Under the pieces are notes generated by a model, which was not told the DNA's origin, did no database searches, and worked only from the letters and a program-made list of their open reading frames with translations. Shown in pieces: positions 1 to 10,880 of a DNA stretch of 64,000 bases. Both the position numbers and the translations under genes were made by a program. Source of the DNA: Waterburya sp. (GTDB lineage: Bacteria; Cyanobacteriota; Cyanobacteriia; Cyanobacteriales; Xenococcaceae); contig CBDCJV010000002.1 of NCBI GenBank assembly GCA_965217895.1, forward strand, positions 1,824,001 to 1,888,000, written 5' to 3'. Numbering within the stretch: the first letter of the stretch is position 1; the number at the start of each line of letters is the position of its first letter.

Positions 1-60
1 AAACTTGTTTGAAAGTTCATATTTTATATATAGAAATCAATGCCCTGATTGTCTTAGCAG

Positions 61-699
61 CTATGATGCTTGACCAATTTTTGGCTCAATGCCAGCTATT
101 AAACGCTGAATATTAGTTTTGTGACGTAGGATCACGTACAATCCTGCCAAAACGGCAAAGATTGAATAGGCTGGAGGTTGATTTAAAGCAACCATTAAAA
201 TATTAACGGCGATCGCGCCACAAATTGAACTGAGAGAAACTATTCTGGAAATACTCAAAGTAATTCCAAAGCTTGCTAAAGTTCCTAAAGCAACAGCAGG
301 ATTCATCACCAGCAAAATACCCAAGGTAGTAGCAACTGATTTACCTCCACTAAAGTTGAGCCAAATGGACTTACTATGTCCGATAATGGCACTTAAAGCT
401 GCGCCTGTGATTAACCAAGAATGCCAGTCAATAGGTAAAGTTTGGCTGGGGGCAAAGTAATAAAAAAGGTTAACTATAGTTAATGCTAATAAACCTTTGC
501 ATAAGTCTATTGCCAATACGGCGATCGCCGCAGATTTACCCACAGTTCGTAAAACATTTGTAGCTCCTGTTGAACCTGAACCATGTTCTCTAATATCAAT
601 TCCCTTCAGATAACGCCCGACTATATATCCTGTCGGAATCGATCCCAATAGGTAAGCAGTCAAAATTAGTAAAGCACTAATAGCAAAATATACCACCAT
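61..699 (-). CDS. plsY: glycerol-3-phosphate acyltransferase PlsY
   Basis: YLLGSIPTG, DIREHGSGSTGATNVLR, GHSKSIWLNFSGGKSVAT and RHKTNIQRL motifs. Confidence 0.95.
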   Translation of the reverse strand: MVVYFAISALLILTAYLLGSIPTGYIVGRYLKGIDIREHGSGSTGATNVLRTVGKSAAIAVLAIDLCKGLLALTIVNLFYYFAPSQTLPIDWHSWLITGAALSAIIGHSKSIWLNFSGGKSVATTLGILLVMNPAVALGTLASFGITLSISRIVSLSSICGAIAVNILMVALNQPPAYSIFAVLAGLYVILRHKTNIQRLIAGIEPKIGQAS

Positions 700-911
700 G
701 ATTTATTCGTTTTATTAAAATATCGTATGACCAGTTTAACGGCTTTTTGCGACAAAATAATACTTCTACTAATAGATATTTGCCTTAACATTTATCTTTC
801 ATCAGGTACAACCAACCTCAAGAAAAGATGAACTTTTGTAATTTTACCAACAGGGATCGCCTATAGTTATTTCATAGTATACTGCACTGCTAACAATTGT
901 CTTTAAAAGAA

Positions 912-2474
912 TTAAACATTTTTTTTCATTTGACTATAAATGAATCCTAATCCACTTAGAAAAAGTAACATAGGCGTTAACCAGTCTCCCCAGCGCACAT
1001 ATAGAGTTTTGTTTTGGCGACGATAGATAGTGTGAGCGTGAATTGCATATTGATTAATATCTGAGATCCATAAAGTATTGCCATGAGGATCGACGATCGC
1101 ACTATAGCCTGTGTTTGTAGCTCTAGCAGCCCAGCGATCGCTTTCTATGGCTCGCATCACGTCATGGGCATGATGTTGGCTGGGCATCGCCGTGCTATAG
1201 TGAGCATCATTTGATGCAGTAATAATAAACTCGCCCCCTGCTTTTGCCTGTCGCCAAAAATGCTGGGGGAAAGCAGACTCGTAGCAGATAGCAATAATTG
1301 CTCTACCAAAAGGAGTATCAAATATCTGATCGCTTTTGCCAGCAGCTAGATGGGCATTTAAGGGTGAAAGGCGATCGATTATTTTGCCAACGACAGACTC
1401 AAAGGGGATGTATTCTCCCAAAGGAACAAGCTTGTATTTGTCGTAACGACTATAGGTTTTTCCTTCACCAGTTAAAGTAAAGATACTATTGGTGTAGCTG
1501 TCGCCATTTCTACCGTTTGCACCTATCCAGGCGGGAATTTTGGCTGTAATTACTGCCTGATAAAAACTAGAGCCATCAATAATATCCTGCCAATAAAAAG
1601 GTAAAGCACCTTCAGGGGTTAAGACTACATCTACTCCCTGTTTGGCTAGTCTTTGATAACCAGAAGTATAGCCAGCGATCGCTTTAGGCCAGCCTTCAGA
1701 ATAAAGCTTGATTTCATTGGCAATATTTCCTTGAATAATGCCAACTTTTAGCGGTGCTAAGTTGTCTTTTGATACTGGTATTTGATAAAGATAATAGCCT
1801 ACAAGATGACCTGTAATTAAAACTATTAAAGGAGAAGTTATCAATAATAGTTTAATTCTTAAGTTAGCATGATTGCGCCAAGCTAAAATAGCTTCTGCCA
1901 GTAAACCATTAACGGCAATAATGATCGCTGCAACGGTATTAACTCCTGAGATTTTGCCTAACTGAAGGATAAATAAATTGTGTGGGCTTTGAGTATAGGC
2001 GATCGCGGGCCACCACAAAGGACTATAGCTCCATAATGTTTCTAAAGTACACCATAAAGCTACACCAATTAAAACCAAGATTAGACTACTAGATATATTT
2101 TTCTGACTAATTCTTTGACTAACAAAGCCGATTAAAATTGCCCAGGTTACTACTACTCCTGCACCCCATAAAGTAATAAAAACCCAGCAGAAAATGGCGA
2201 TCGCTAAACTAGCTAGCCAAGGAACACCCATCCAAGTCATCGGATGTATGCCAGTAATCCAAAACAAAGCCAAGCCGTCATAGCCAACTCCCCAAGCTAA
2301 AGCAATAATAGCTATCTGTTTGGCCGACTTGTGCTGTCTAATTAAAATCCATAAAGGAGCTAGAGCAAACCAAGCAAAATACCAAGCGTTAAACGGTGCT
2401 GGTGCTAACCCCATTAAGAAACCGCTTAGTAAAGAGATGATGATTGTTCGGATTTTCAATGGTAATAATTTCAT
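912..2474 (-). CDS. lnt: apolipoprotein N-acyltransferase
   Basis: N-terminal TM helices, then nitrilase-fold motifs QGNI, PEGA, YDKYKLVPLGEYIP, ICYESAF, RATNTGYS. Confidence 0.95.
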   Translation of the reverse strand: MKLLPLKIRTIIISLLSGFLMGLAPAPFNAWYFAWFALAPLWILIRQHKSAKQIAIIALAWGVGYDGLALFWITGIHPMTWMGVPWLASLAIAIFCWVFITLWGAGVVVTWAILIGFVSQRISQKNISSSLILVLIGVALWCTLETLWSYSPLWWPAIAYTQSPHNLFILQLGKISGVNTVAAIIIAVNGLLAEAILAWRNHANLRIKLLLITSPLIVLITGHLVGYYLYQIPVSKDNLAPLKVGIIQGNIANEIKLYSEGWPKAIAGYTSGYQRLAKQGVDVVLTPEGALPFYWQDIIDGSSFYQAVITAKIPAWIGANGRNGDSYTNSIFTLTGEGKTYSRYDKYKLVPLGEYIPFESVVGKIIDRLSPLNAHLAAGKSDQIFDTPFGRAIIAICYESAFPQHFWRQAKAGGEFIITASNDAHYSTAMPSQHHAHDVMRAIESDRWAARATNTGYSAIVDPHGNTLWISDINQYAIHAHTIYRRQNKTLYVRWGDWLTPMLLFLSGLGFIYSQMKKNV

Positions 2475-2509
2475 CCTTACATTACCATCACCAGCAAGAA
2501 AAACTTGAG

Positions 2510-2540
2510 AAGAGATCGAGCAATTGTTTGCCGATCTCTT
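2510..2540 (-). terminator. hairpin downstream of sigA, possible terminator
   Basis: AGAGATCG(A)GCAA...TTGCCGATCTCT imperfect inverted repeat. Confidence 0.45.
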
Positions 2541-2578
2541 TACTATACTATCTGTCTCTAGACAGATGACTGAAATAT

Positions 2579-3700
2579 TTAGCGTATGTATTCTTTTAGT
2601 ATGCTATTGCGGTTAGGATGACGCAGTTTGCGTAATGCCTTGGCTTCAATTTGACGAATACGTTCGCGGGTAACATTAAAGATTTGTCCAATTTCTTCTA
2701 ATGTTTTCATACGACCATCATCTAAACCATAGCGTAGGCGCAAAACGTCTCGTTCGCGGGGGCTAAGAGTATCTAATACGCTTTCTAAATCTTCTCTAAG
2801 CAAACTTTTAGATACCTGATCTTCTGGAGTCTCTCCGTCTGCCTCAATAAAATCGCCCAAACGAGAGTCTTCTTCTTTACCAATAGGTGTTTCTAAGGAA
2901 ATGGGCAGTTGAGCCGATTTAGCAATAAATCTGAGCTTTTCAATGGTCATCTCCATGCGAGTAGCAATTTCTTCTTCTGTAGGCTTGCGTCCTCTTTCTT
3001 GAGAAAGTAATTTAGTAGTTTTTTTAATCCGAGAGATAGTTTCATATAGGTGAACAGGAAGGCGAATAGTCCGAGACTGATCGGCGATCGCTCTGGTAAT
3101 TGCCTGTCTGATCCACCAAGTAGCATAGGTAGAAAATTTATAGCCTTTTTCGTGATCGAACTTTTCGGCGGCTCTAATCAAACCAAGAGAACCTTCTTGA
3201 ATCAAGTCCTGAAAAGACAAACCACGATTCATATATTTTTTGGCAATTGAAACAACCAAGCGCAGGTTAGACTGCACCATCTTGTCTTTAGCTCTCCTAC
3301 CAATATAAAGGCGACGGCGGAATTTAGGATATTCCATGTCTACTTCTCTTGCCCACTCTTCGTCACTAGCTTCGTGACCTAAACCGTCTTCTAAACTATC
3401 TTTAAGTCTTTCTAATTCCAATAAATCGGCAATTTGGCGGGCTAATTCAATTTCTTCCTCTGCTCTTAAAAGCCTAATACGACCTATTTCTTGCAGATAG
3501 ATGCGAATAGAATCTTCAGTATAGGGTTTTTTTCTGCCACGTTCGACACGCTTGGTACCAGTAGCTTTTTTCTTTTTGCCTTTTGCTGCTGGCTTAAGAT
3601 CAACATTGTCTTTTACTTTTTTGGAATCCTCTTCAATGAGGCTTTCCCAGTCGTTTCCAGGATTGGCGATCGTTGCTAGAACTTGATTAGCTTGGGTCAT
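2579..3700 (-). CDS. sigA: primary RNA polymerase sigma factor SigA/RpoD
   Basis: [72 protein letters not shown]. Confidence 0.97.
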   Translation of the reverse strand: MTQANQVLATIANPGNDWESLIEEDSKKVKDNVDLKPAAKGKKKKATGTKRVERGRKKPYTEDSIRIYLQEIGRIRLLRAEEEIELARQIADLLELERLKDSLEDGLGHEASDEEWAREVDMEYPKFRRRLYIGRRAKDKMVQSNLRLVVSIAKKYMNRGLSFQDLIQEGSLGLIRAAEKFDHEKGYKFSTYATWWIRQAITRAIADQSRTIRLPVHLYETISRIKKTTKLLSQERGRKPTEEEIATRMEMTIEKLRFIAKSAQLPISLETPIGKEEDSRLGDFIEADGETPEDQVSKSLLREDLESVLDTLSPRERDVLRLRYGLDDGRMKTLEEIGQIFNVTRERIRQIEAKALRKLRHPNRNSILKEYIR

Positions 3701-4403
3701 GCCGTTTTCCTCTTGCTCCTTCAGTGAAAATTTAATGATATTTTTTTAGTTAACTTTAGTTAAGTCGAAACCAGCTTGTGTCTAATTACACTTAACTTTA
3801 CTATTGATTATGTAGAATCGGTTATCTGCTGACAAATAACGGTTTGATCCTTGTGTGTCAGGGTTGAGATAGGTTTTCTAGCAAGTATTATTAACTAGAA
3901 GCTGGCGATATTTTCCGATTTTAGCCTTGATCGCCATGACTTTGGTAAATATTAAACAGAAATTTAGTAGTTTTTACACAAGATTTATCAAGAAATTACA
4001 AAATTTTCTGTAATTTTACTCCTATGGCATTGTAAGCAATTTGACAGAAAATAACACGGATTAATTTTTCTGTCTAAGAAACTAATTCTTGGAGAAGCTC
4101 GTCAAATAGCATCCAAGAAGCTTTAAATGAGATCCTAATCGGAGCGTCTTTTTTCTTTACATTTATTCGTAATTCTTGATAGCGATCGCTTGGATAATTC
4201 CCTATGTCTAATTTGATTATCTGGTTAAAAGCCTCAACCAGATAAATAGCCCAAACATATAGCCACTAATCTGACATATTTAATTGATGAGCCACAGATA
4301 TTGTTATCAATTAAACGATAGTCTCAACGCTCGACGAGAGACTTGACCCACTGTCACAAATGGCTTATATATGCTAAATATCTAATCTAATGGTGAAGAG
4401 TAA

Positions 4404-6137
4404 GTGAAAATCAACAATAAAAATTTTTATTTCTGGTTGGGTGTAAGCTTATTATTTGCTCTTTATTACGGATTATTTTTTTACTATCAGGTATTTAGCC
4501 ATGAATACATAGTTCAAGATGATGCCAGACACCATGTAGTTTGGCTACAAAAATTTGTCGATCCAAAGCTATTTCCTCACGATCTGATTGCTGACTATTT
4601 TCAAAGTCTTGCTCCTTTAGGATTTAAAATACTATATTTTTTAATGGCAAAAATTGGCATTCAGCCAATTGTCTTGGCAAAAATATTGCCTCCAATACTA
4701 GGTCTAATTACTACTGTTTATATTTATTTATTTAGTTTAGAAATATTACCTCTTGCTAGTTGTGCATTCTTAAGCAGTTTATTCGTCAATCAACTCATTT
4801 GGCTAAATGACGATCTTGTTTCGGCAACCCCTAGAGCTTTTCTTTATCCGATTTTTGCAGCATTTCTCTATTATTTATCCACAAGAAAGCTTGTTGCTTG
4901 TTTGCTGTTAATGATATTGCAGGGTTTATTTTATCCTCAGTTGCTATTAGTTGAAATAATCATATTTAGTTTAAATTTATTAATAGTAAAGGACAAATTA
5001 TTATTTAAACTTACCTCCAAAAAAGGAGCTTATATTTGGTTTATATCAGGAGTAATAGTTACAGCGATCGCTCTTTATCCTGAGGTTCAAAAACCTCCAG
5101 AGTTAGCAGCCTTGGTTACCGCCCAACAAATGCAGCAAATGCCAGAGTTTAATCCTGGTGGCAGAACTCCATTTTTTGGTGGTGGTTGGTTTAATTATTG
5201 GCTGGCTGGCGATAGTGGCTTGAGTTTGCCTCTTTTTCCGCCTATAGTTTGGAGTGGGTTGGCATTACCTTTTTTACTTAAAACTAAGCTACCAATTACC
5301 AAGTTAATTACCCAAAAAATTAACATTTTAACTCAGGTTGCGATCGCATCTATTCTCATGTTTATCGCTGCCCATATTTTATTGCCAAGGTTACATTTAC
5401 CAAACCGTTATACATATCATAGTCTGCGGTTTGTTATGGCAATAAGCACGGCAATTGTCTTAACAATCTCGATCAATATAGCTAGAAATTGGTTGCTTAA
5501 AAAGCTTCAGTCAAAAACCCCTTTTAAATCCTCAGAAAAAATCAAAATTGCTTTAATTACTCTTTTCAGTATCACAATAATTATCCTTCCTGCTATTCCT
5601 TATGTATTTACTAATTGGTGTCAAAATTGGAGAATAGGTATGGCAACGGAAATATATCAATATTTAGCAGGGCAGCCTAAAGACATTGTGATTGCATCCT
5701 TAAGCCAAGATGCTGATAATATTCCTGCATTTTCCCAACGGTCAATCTTAGTCGGAGGTGAATTTGCCTTAGCTTATCATCCTACTTACTATAATCAATT
5801 TAAACAAAAAACAATTGATTTATTAGAGGCTCAATATAGTCCAAATCCACAAGTTTTAAAATCTTTTATCCAAAAATATAAAGTAGATTATTTACTGTTA
5901 GATAATAATGCTTTTACAGCTAATTATTTGTTAGCCAAAGGTTGGCTGGTTAATAGCAGTTGGTCAGCAGAAACAAACAAAAGCATATCCCAATTAGAAT
6001 CAAATGTTTCTCCTGCATTAGTAACATTTGTTTTATCTTGTTCAGCTATATCTACAAGCAACCTAAATCTGGTAGATAGTAACTGTATTGTGAATAATTT
6101 TAACTCATTAGCAAAACCGCCGACAGCAAGAGAATAA
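4404..6137 (+). CDS. polytopic membrane protein, GT-C glycosyltransferase-like
   Basis: many hydrophobic segments, DD pair in first loop (VQDDARHHV), soluble C-terminal domain; last codons overlap an ileS relic. Confidence 0.6.
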   Translation: MKINNKNFYFWLGVSLLFALYYGLFFYYQVFSHEYIVQDDARHHVVWLQKFVDPKLFPHDLIADYFQSLAPLGFKILYFLMAKIGIQPIVLAKILPPILGLITTVYIYLFSLEILPLASCAFLSSLFVNQLIWLNDDLVSATPRAFLYPIFAAFLYYLSTRKLVACLLLMILQGLFYPQLLLVEIIIFSLNLLIVKDKLLFKLTSKKGAYIWFISGVIVTAIALYPEVQKPPELAALVTAQQMQQMPEFNPGGRTPFFGGGWFNYWLAGDSGLSLPLFPPIVWSGLALPFLLKTKLPITKLITQKINILTQVAIASILMFIAAHILLPRLHLPNRYTYHSLRFVMAISTAIVLTISINIARNWLLKKLQSKTPFKSSEKIKIALITLFSITIIILPAIPYVFTNWCQNWRIGMATEIYQYLAGQPKDIVIASLSQDADNIPAFSQRSILVGGEFALAYHPTYYNQFKQKTIDLLEAQYSPNPQVLKSFIQKYKVDYLLLDNNAFTANYLLAKGWLVNSSWSAETNKSISQLESNVSPALVTFVLSCSAISTSNLNLVDSNCIVNNFNSLAKPPTARE

Positions 6138-6163
6138 TTCCACAGTGCGATCGCATCTTTTCC
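6105..6163 (-). repeat. degenerate displaced copy of ileS 3' region
   Basis: aligns to 6441-6499; reads WNYSLAVGGFANE vs IleS WNYSLSVGSFKDD; HIP1 at 6147-6154 matches the ileS HIP1 at 6482-6489. Confidence 0.75.
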
Positions 6164-6391
6164 TGAAATTTTCGGTAATTTAGAACGTAATAAATATGTC
6201 ACCTTAGCAAATGAACATTCAGTTCTTTGAATAATTGCATTAATTCTCAAGTCATTATTTATCCAACTATAATCGAGCGACATTTATATGCACACAATCA
6301 ATTGAACAAAAATCAAATATTTATACTACTTCGTTTGAAAAAGAGGTTGAGATTTGCTTGTGTATAACTTATCTTCTGACAGAAAAGCTAA

Positions 6392-9301
6392 TTAAAACTG
6401 GCTTTTTAATGCTGCATTACAGCGATCGCATATTGTCGGATCATCTTTAAAACTACCAACAGATAAAGAATAATTCCAACAGCGATCGCATTTTTTACCG
6501 TCAGCTTTAACTACGGCGATGTTGGTAAGATCTGATTCACTCTTATATTCTGAATCAAGCAGAAAATCGACTAACTCTACTTGAGAAGCTAAGAAGAAGT
6601 AACGTAATTCATCTACATTTTTTTCACTCAAAGTATCAGAAGAATTGTAGGATGCTAGCTTATCTTTTAATTCAACATCAGCAACTTGCAACAATACTTT
6701 AGCATCAAGAGAAGAACCGATCGCTTTTGCTGTTCTCGCCTGTTCCATTACCTTGTTTACTTCATCTCTTAAACTGCCGATCATTCCCCAAAATTTATTT
6801 AATTCGGGTTTATGCCATTCGTCTTTGGTTTCTACCCAACCAGACTCAAACACCGATTTATAACCAGTGTCATAGGGTAAGGCTTGCCAAATATCTTCTG
6901 CCATGTGACATAATACTGGTGCGATCGCTTTAGCAATGTTTTCGATAGCTATGGCTAATACTGTCTGACAGCTACGACGACGGAAAGAATCAAGGCTGCT
7001 GATATAAAGTCTGTCTTTAGCGATGTCTAAATAGAAGTTAGATAAATCTACTACACAAAAGTTTTGAATGGCTTGAAAGAAGCGGAAAAATTGATAGCTT
7101 TCATAAGCGTCAGTAACTTCAGTAAATACCTCTGTCATGCGGTGCAGCATATACTTATCTAATTCTGGTAAGTCTGCATAGGCGATCGCATCTTGTTTTG
7201 GATCGAAGTCGTGTAAGTTACCCAGCAAGAAACGCGCCGTATTACGCACCTTGCGATATATTTCAGAATTTTGCTTGATAATATTCTTGCCGACACGAAC
7301 ATCTGAAGTATAATCAACCGAAGATACCCACAGGCGCACTACATCAGCACCATAAGCAGGTTCTTGCTTCTTGTTATTCCCCCCTTCGATAATCAATTCA
7401 GGAGCGATACCGTTGCCCTTAGACTTACTCATCTTGAAGCCTTTCTCATCAACTACATAGCCATGAGTAAGGACAGTTTTATAGGGCGCAATACCGTTAA
7501 CCGCGACGCTAGTAAGTAAGCTAGATTGAAACCAACCCCGATGTTGATCGCTTCCTTCGAGGTACATATCAACAGGATATTTTAATCTTTCCTTAGCTAC
7601 CGCAGCCCAAGATGAACCTGAATCAAACCAGACATCCATTGTATCTGTACCTTTGCCATAGGTGCGTCCATTATTACGGTAAGACTCAGGTAATAATTCT
7701 TCTATGGATAATTCCCACCAGGCATCAGAACCTTTTTCAGCAAAGATCGCCTTAACATGATTGATAGTTTCTTCGGTTAATAAAGGCTCATTAGTTTCTT
7801 CATCATAAAATACGGGAATCGGTACACCCCAGCTACGCTGACGGGAAATACACCAGTCAGAGCGATCGCTTACCATTGGCGTAATTCGTTTTTCTCCTTG
7901 AGCGGGAATCCAGGTGACGTTAGAAATAGCTTTCAAAGCATCGTCGCGGATGCCTTCTACTGAGGCAAACCACTGTTCGGTAGCGCGGAAGATTGTCGGC
8001 TTGCCTGTACGCCAGTCATAGGGATATTTATGGGCATATTCTTCGTGCTTGAGCAATGCACCAGCCTTGGTTAAAGCATCTATAATTGCTTGATTGCCTT
8101 CGCTTACTTTTTCATTGCCCTTAGCTACCACCTGCAACCCTACAAACTTACCAGCCTCTTCGGTAAACTTACCGCCATCATCCACAGGCGAAAGAATCGG
8201 CAGACCATATTTTTGTCCCGTGATATAGTCTTCCTGTCCGTGTCCAGGGGCAGTATGTACTAATCCTGTACCAGATTCAGTGGTGATGTAGTCGCCACCA
8301 ATCACAACTTTACTTTCGCGATCATACAAAGGATGACAATAGGTAGTATTTTCTAAAGCTTTGCCTGCTAGGATAGTTTTAACCTTTAACTCTAATCCCA
8401 AAGTTTCAGACAATCTTTCAACTAAATCCTTTGCCACTATTAAATAAGATACTCCTTCTTTAGCCATCATTGATTCTGTAGTAGGCAACGGCGGACTCAT
8501 TTCGACAACCGCATATTTTAATTCTTCATTAACCGCCACTGCCAAATTACCTGGAATAGTCCAGGGTGTAGTAGTCCAGATAGCTACGCTTAAGTTAGGC
8601 AAATATTCTTCTAATTCGGCTGCGCCTTCGCCCAATTTAGTTACAGGAAATGCCACATAAATGCTAGGAGAAGTATGTCCTTCAGGATATTCTAATTCCG
8701 CCTCTGCTAATGCAGAACGAGAACTTGGACTCCAGTGAACAGGTTTCAAACCCCGATAGATATTTCCTTTAAGCACCATTTGCCCAAAGACATCGATTTG
8801 TGCTGCTTCATATTCGGGAGTGAGAGTCAGATAAGGATGTGACCAATCTCCCCAAATACCATAACGCTTAAAGCCTTCGCACTGTTCTCTTTGTGCTTCG
8901 AGGGCAAATTCTTTCGCTTTTTGACGCAACTTGAGGGGAGTTAACTCTTGTCTCTCTTTAGATTTAATTTTCTGTAAAACTTTTAGCTCAATTGGTAGCC
9001 CATGACAATCCCAGCCAGGAATATAGTCTATTTTGTGTCCCTGTAACAGCTTGTATTTGTTGATAATATCCTTGAGAATTTTACCCAACGCATGACCCAT
9101 GTGTAGTGAACCATTAGCATAAGGAGGACCATCATGGAGAATAAAGGAGTCTTTAGGATTATTCTGTGACAGTTGCTCGTAAATTTTATTTTCTGCCCAA
9201 AATTGCTGTAGTTCTGGTTCGCGCTGCACGGCATTCGCCCGCATACTAAAGTCTGTTTGGGGCAGATTTACGGTTTCTTTGTAGCTTTTTGCTTCTGTCA
9301 C
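6392..9301 (-). CDS. ileS: isoleucine--tRNA ligase
   Basis: HDGPPYANGSLHMGH, GWDCHGLPIE, KMSKS, C-terminal zinc motif CDRCW...CDRC. Confidence 0.98.
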   Translation of the reverse strand: MTEAKSYKETVNLPQTDFSMRANAVQREPELQQFWAENKIYEQLSQNNPKDSFILHDGPPYANGSLHMGHALGKILKDIINKYKLLQGHKIDYIPGWDCHGLPIELKVLQKIKSKERQELTPLKLRQKAKEFALEAQREQCEGFKRYGIWGDWSHPYLTLTPEYEAAQIDVFGQMVLKGNIYRGLKPVHWSPSSRSALAEAELEYPEGHTSPSIYVAFPVTKLGEGAAELEEYLPNLSVAIWTTTPWTIPGNLAVAVNEELKYAVVEMSPPLPTTESMMAKEGVSYLIVAKDLVERLSETLGLELKVKTILAGKALENTTYCHPLYDRESKVVIGGDYITTESGTGLVHTAPGHGQEDYITGQKYGLPILSPVDDGGKFTEEAGKFVGLQVVAKGNEKVSEGNQAIIDALTKAGALLKHEEYAHKYPYDWRTGKPTIFRATEQWFASVEGIRDDALKAISNVTWIPAQGEKRITPMVSDRSDWCISRQRSWGVPIPVFYDEETNEPLLTEETINHVKAIFAEKGSDAWWELSIEELLPESYRNNGRTYGKGTDTMDVWFDSGSSWAAVAKERLKYPVDMYLEGSDQHRGWFQSSLLTSVAVNGIAPYKTVLTHGYVVDEKGFKMSKSKGNGIAPELIIEGGNNKKQEPAYGADVVRLWVSSVDYTSDVRVGKNIIKQNSEIYRKVRNTARFLLGNLHDFDPKQDAIAYADLPELDKYMLHRMTEVFTEVTDAYESYQFFRFFQAIQNFCVVDLSNFYLDIAKDRLYISSLDSFRRRSCQTVLAIAIENIAKAIAPVLCHMAEDIWQALPYDTGYKSVFESGWVETKDEWHKPELNKFWGMIGSLRDEVNKVMEQARTAKAIGSSLDAKVLLQVADVELKDKLASYNSSDTLSEKNVDELRYFFLASQVELVDFLLDSEYKSESDLTNIAVVKADGKKCDRCWNYSLSVGSFKDDPTICDRCNAALKSQF

Positions 9302-9358
9302 AGTAATAACTAGTTGAATTTAGTCAAGGGTTTGCTCATCTTCTCATTTATATATTAT

Positions 9359-9402
9359 TACTCGATCGCCCTACCAATTTCAGATTTTTTTCCATCTGAG
9401 AT
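9359..9402. repeat. 44-bp direct repeat, copy 1 (upstream of ileS)
   Basis: TACTCGATCGCCCTACCAATTTCAGATTTTTTTCCATCTGAGAT; 41/44 identical to 10146-10189. Confidence 0.9.
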
Positions 9403-9431
9403 GCTGGTATTCAAAATCAAGGATGTATAGA

Positions 9432-9818
9432 TTAATTAATCAAAGTAACTGAGTATTTATCAAAAGCTGAGTCAACAGATATGATGGGTAAGTTTTCAGC
9501 TATGGATTGAGCAATAATAAGTCGATCAAAAGGATCTCTATGGTAAAAAGGTATAGTGGCATTGACTCTAAGATGCTCTAATTCAACAGCTAGCAACCTT
9601 ATGCTACTGGTTGTTACTTCTCTCTTAACAAATTCTTCGTAGTTGGGATCTAATTTGAGCTTGCCTAAGTTATATTTAATCGACATCTCCCAAAGGCTAG
9701 CTATACTCAGGTAACTAAGATTACTTTCATCTTCAATTAAATCTTTGAGGTGGTTGCTTAGTTTGAAATTATCATTTACAAACCAAAGGAATGTATGGGT
9801 ATCTAGCAATAATTTCAT
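9432..9818 (-). CDS. vapC: PIN-domain (VapC family) toxin
   Basis: LLLDTHTFLW, SIASLWEMSIK, HRDPFDRLIIAQ. Confidence 0.93.
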   Translation of the reverse strand: MKLLLDTHTFLWFVNDNFKLSNHLKDLIEDESNLSYLSIASLWEMSIKYNLGKLKLDPNYEEFVKREVTTSSIRLLAVELEHLRVNATIPFYHRDPFDRLIIAQSIAENLPIISVDSAFDKYSVTLIN

Positions 9819-10045
9819 TGCTGCATATATTCCTTAAAGTCTTCTAGAGGCTCATCAAAGTCATCAGACATCCATACCCTACCTTTTGCACTACCTCTTT
9901 TTAAAGGGTGCTGGATTGGGAATATTGGTGAGATCTTAGCTACTGGTTGATTATCTTGGGTAATAACAATCTCTTCTCCTTTAATAGCCAAATCTAAAAG
10001 TTTAGATAAATTGACCTTGGCTTGAGTTATATCTATTTGCGTCAT
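9815..10045 (-). CDS. Phd/YefM-family antitoxin with DUF2281-like C-terminus
   Basis: AKVNLSKLL...GEEIVIT...PVAKI and MSDDFDEPLEDFKEY; 4-nt overlap with the PIN toxin gene. Confidence 0.9.
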   Translation of the reverse strand: MTQIDITQAKVNLSKLLDLAIKGEEIVITQDNQPVAKISPIFPIQHPLKRGSAKGRVWMSDDFDEPLEDFKEYMQQ

Positions 10046-10145
10046 AGGTGTAGTTCGATCCCATTAGGTCGAGGGACTGGTTCTAAGTTTATTAAAACTT
10101 ATGGTCAATTGTTTTATGTGGAAGGAGATATCTTACCAGAAACAA

Positions 10146-10189
10146 TACTCGATCGCACTACCAATTTCAGATTTTTTCCCATCTAAGAT
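10146..10189. repeat. 44-bp direct repeat, copy 2 (upstream of TA operon)
   Basis: TACTCGATCGCACTACCAATTTCAGATTTTTTCCCATCTAAGAT. Confidence 0.9.
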
Positions 10190-10233
10190 AATATCGAATA
10201 TATTTAGCTTCAAAAGGTTAGATAACTTCCAAA

Positions 10234-10704
10234 ATGTCTAAAGAATTATGTCCTTGTGGAAGCAAAAAGCAATATTCATACTGTTGTGAAATGTTTCTAT
10301 CTGGTAAAAAGAAACCAGAGACGGCGGAAAAATTAATGCGATCGCGCTACACTGCTTTTGATCGGGGTAACGTTGACTATCTCCTTGCTACTCTGCATCC
10401 AGAAAAAAGGCAACCTAGCGATCGCCTTGAATTATCTAAAAGTATCAACAATACCCAATGGCTAGGCTTGAGCGTTATTGATACTCAAAAAGGCAAAAAA
10501 AATGACGTAACTGGGTATGTAGAATTTGAAGCAGTTTATCAGGTAGATGAACCAGGACAACTCCACGAACGTTCTAAGTTTATTAAAACTGATGGTCAAT
10601 GGTTTTATGTAGAAGGGGACATCTTACCTGGAACAATACCCAGGCGTAACGAACCTTGTTGGTGTGGTAGTGGCAAAAAGTATAAAGATTGTCATGAAGT
10701 TTGA
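10234..10704 (+). CDS. ychJ: YchJ family SEC-C motif protein
   Basis: CPCGS..Y..CC, AEKLMRSRYTAF, LHERSKF, C-terminal RNEPCWCGSGKKYKDCH. Confidence 0.9.
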   Translation: MSKELCPCGSKKQYSYCCEMFLSGKKKPETAEKLMRSRYTAFDRGNVDYLLATLHPEKRQPSDRLELSKSINNTQWLGLSVIDTQKGKKNDVTGYVEFEAVYQVDEPGQLHERSKFIKTDGQWFYVEGDILPGTIPRRNEPCWCGSGKKYKDCHEV

Positions 10705-10817
10705 TCTCTTTTATATCGCGCAAAGACGCAGAGGCGCAGAGAGATGATGAAAATCTATTTTTATCTGCTTTAGCTTGTCAGCGAAATCTCTATTAGTTGG
10801 CGTTTAATTCAAAATAG

Positions 10818-10857
10818 TCAAGCCTGTTTGATGTTAGTTTCCATCAAACAGACTTGA
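10818..10857. terminator. hairpin between convergent ychJ and csp genes
   Basis: TCAAGCCTGTTTGATG...CATCAAACAGACTTGA inverted repeat. Confidence 0.6.
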
Positions 10858-10880
10858 AATATCACTCTTTGCAAGTAAGA

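Noticed and set aside
5924..6283. 119-aa ORF as a real gene
   Set aside because: chimera of a short unknown start, the ileS relic and the antisense of the membrane-protein gene
8451..8500. intein or repeat insertion in IleS (SPPLPTTESMMAKEGV)
   Set aside because: too short for an intein, no clear palindrome, probably a variable loop
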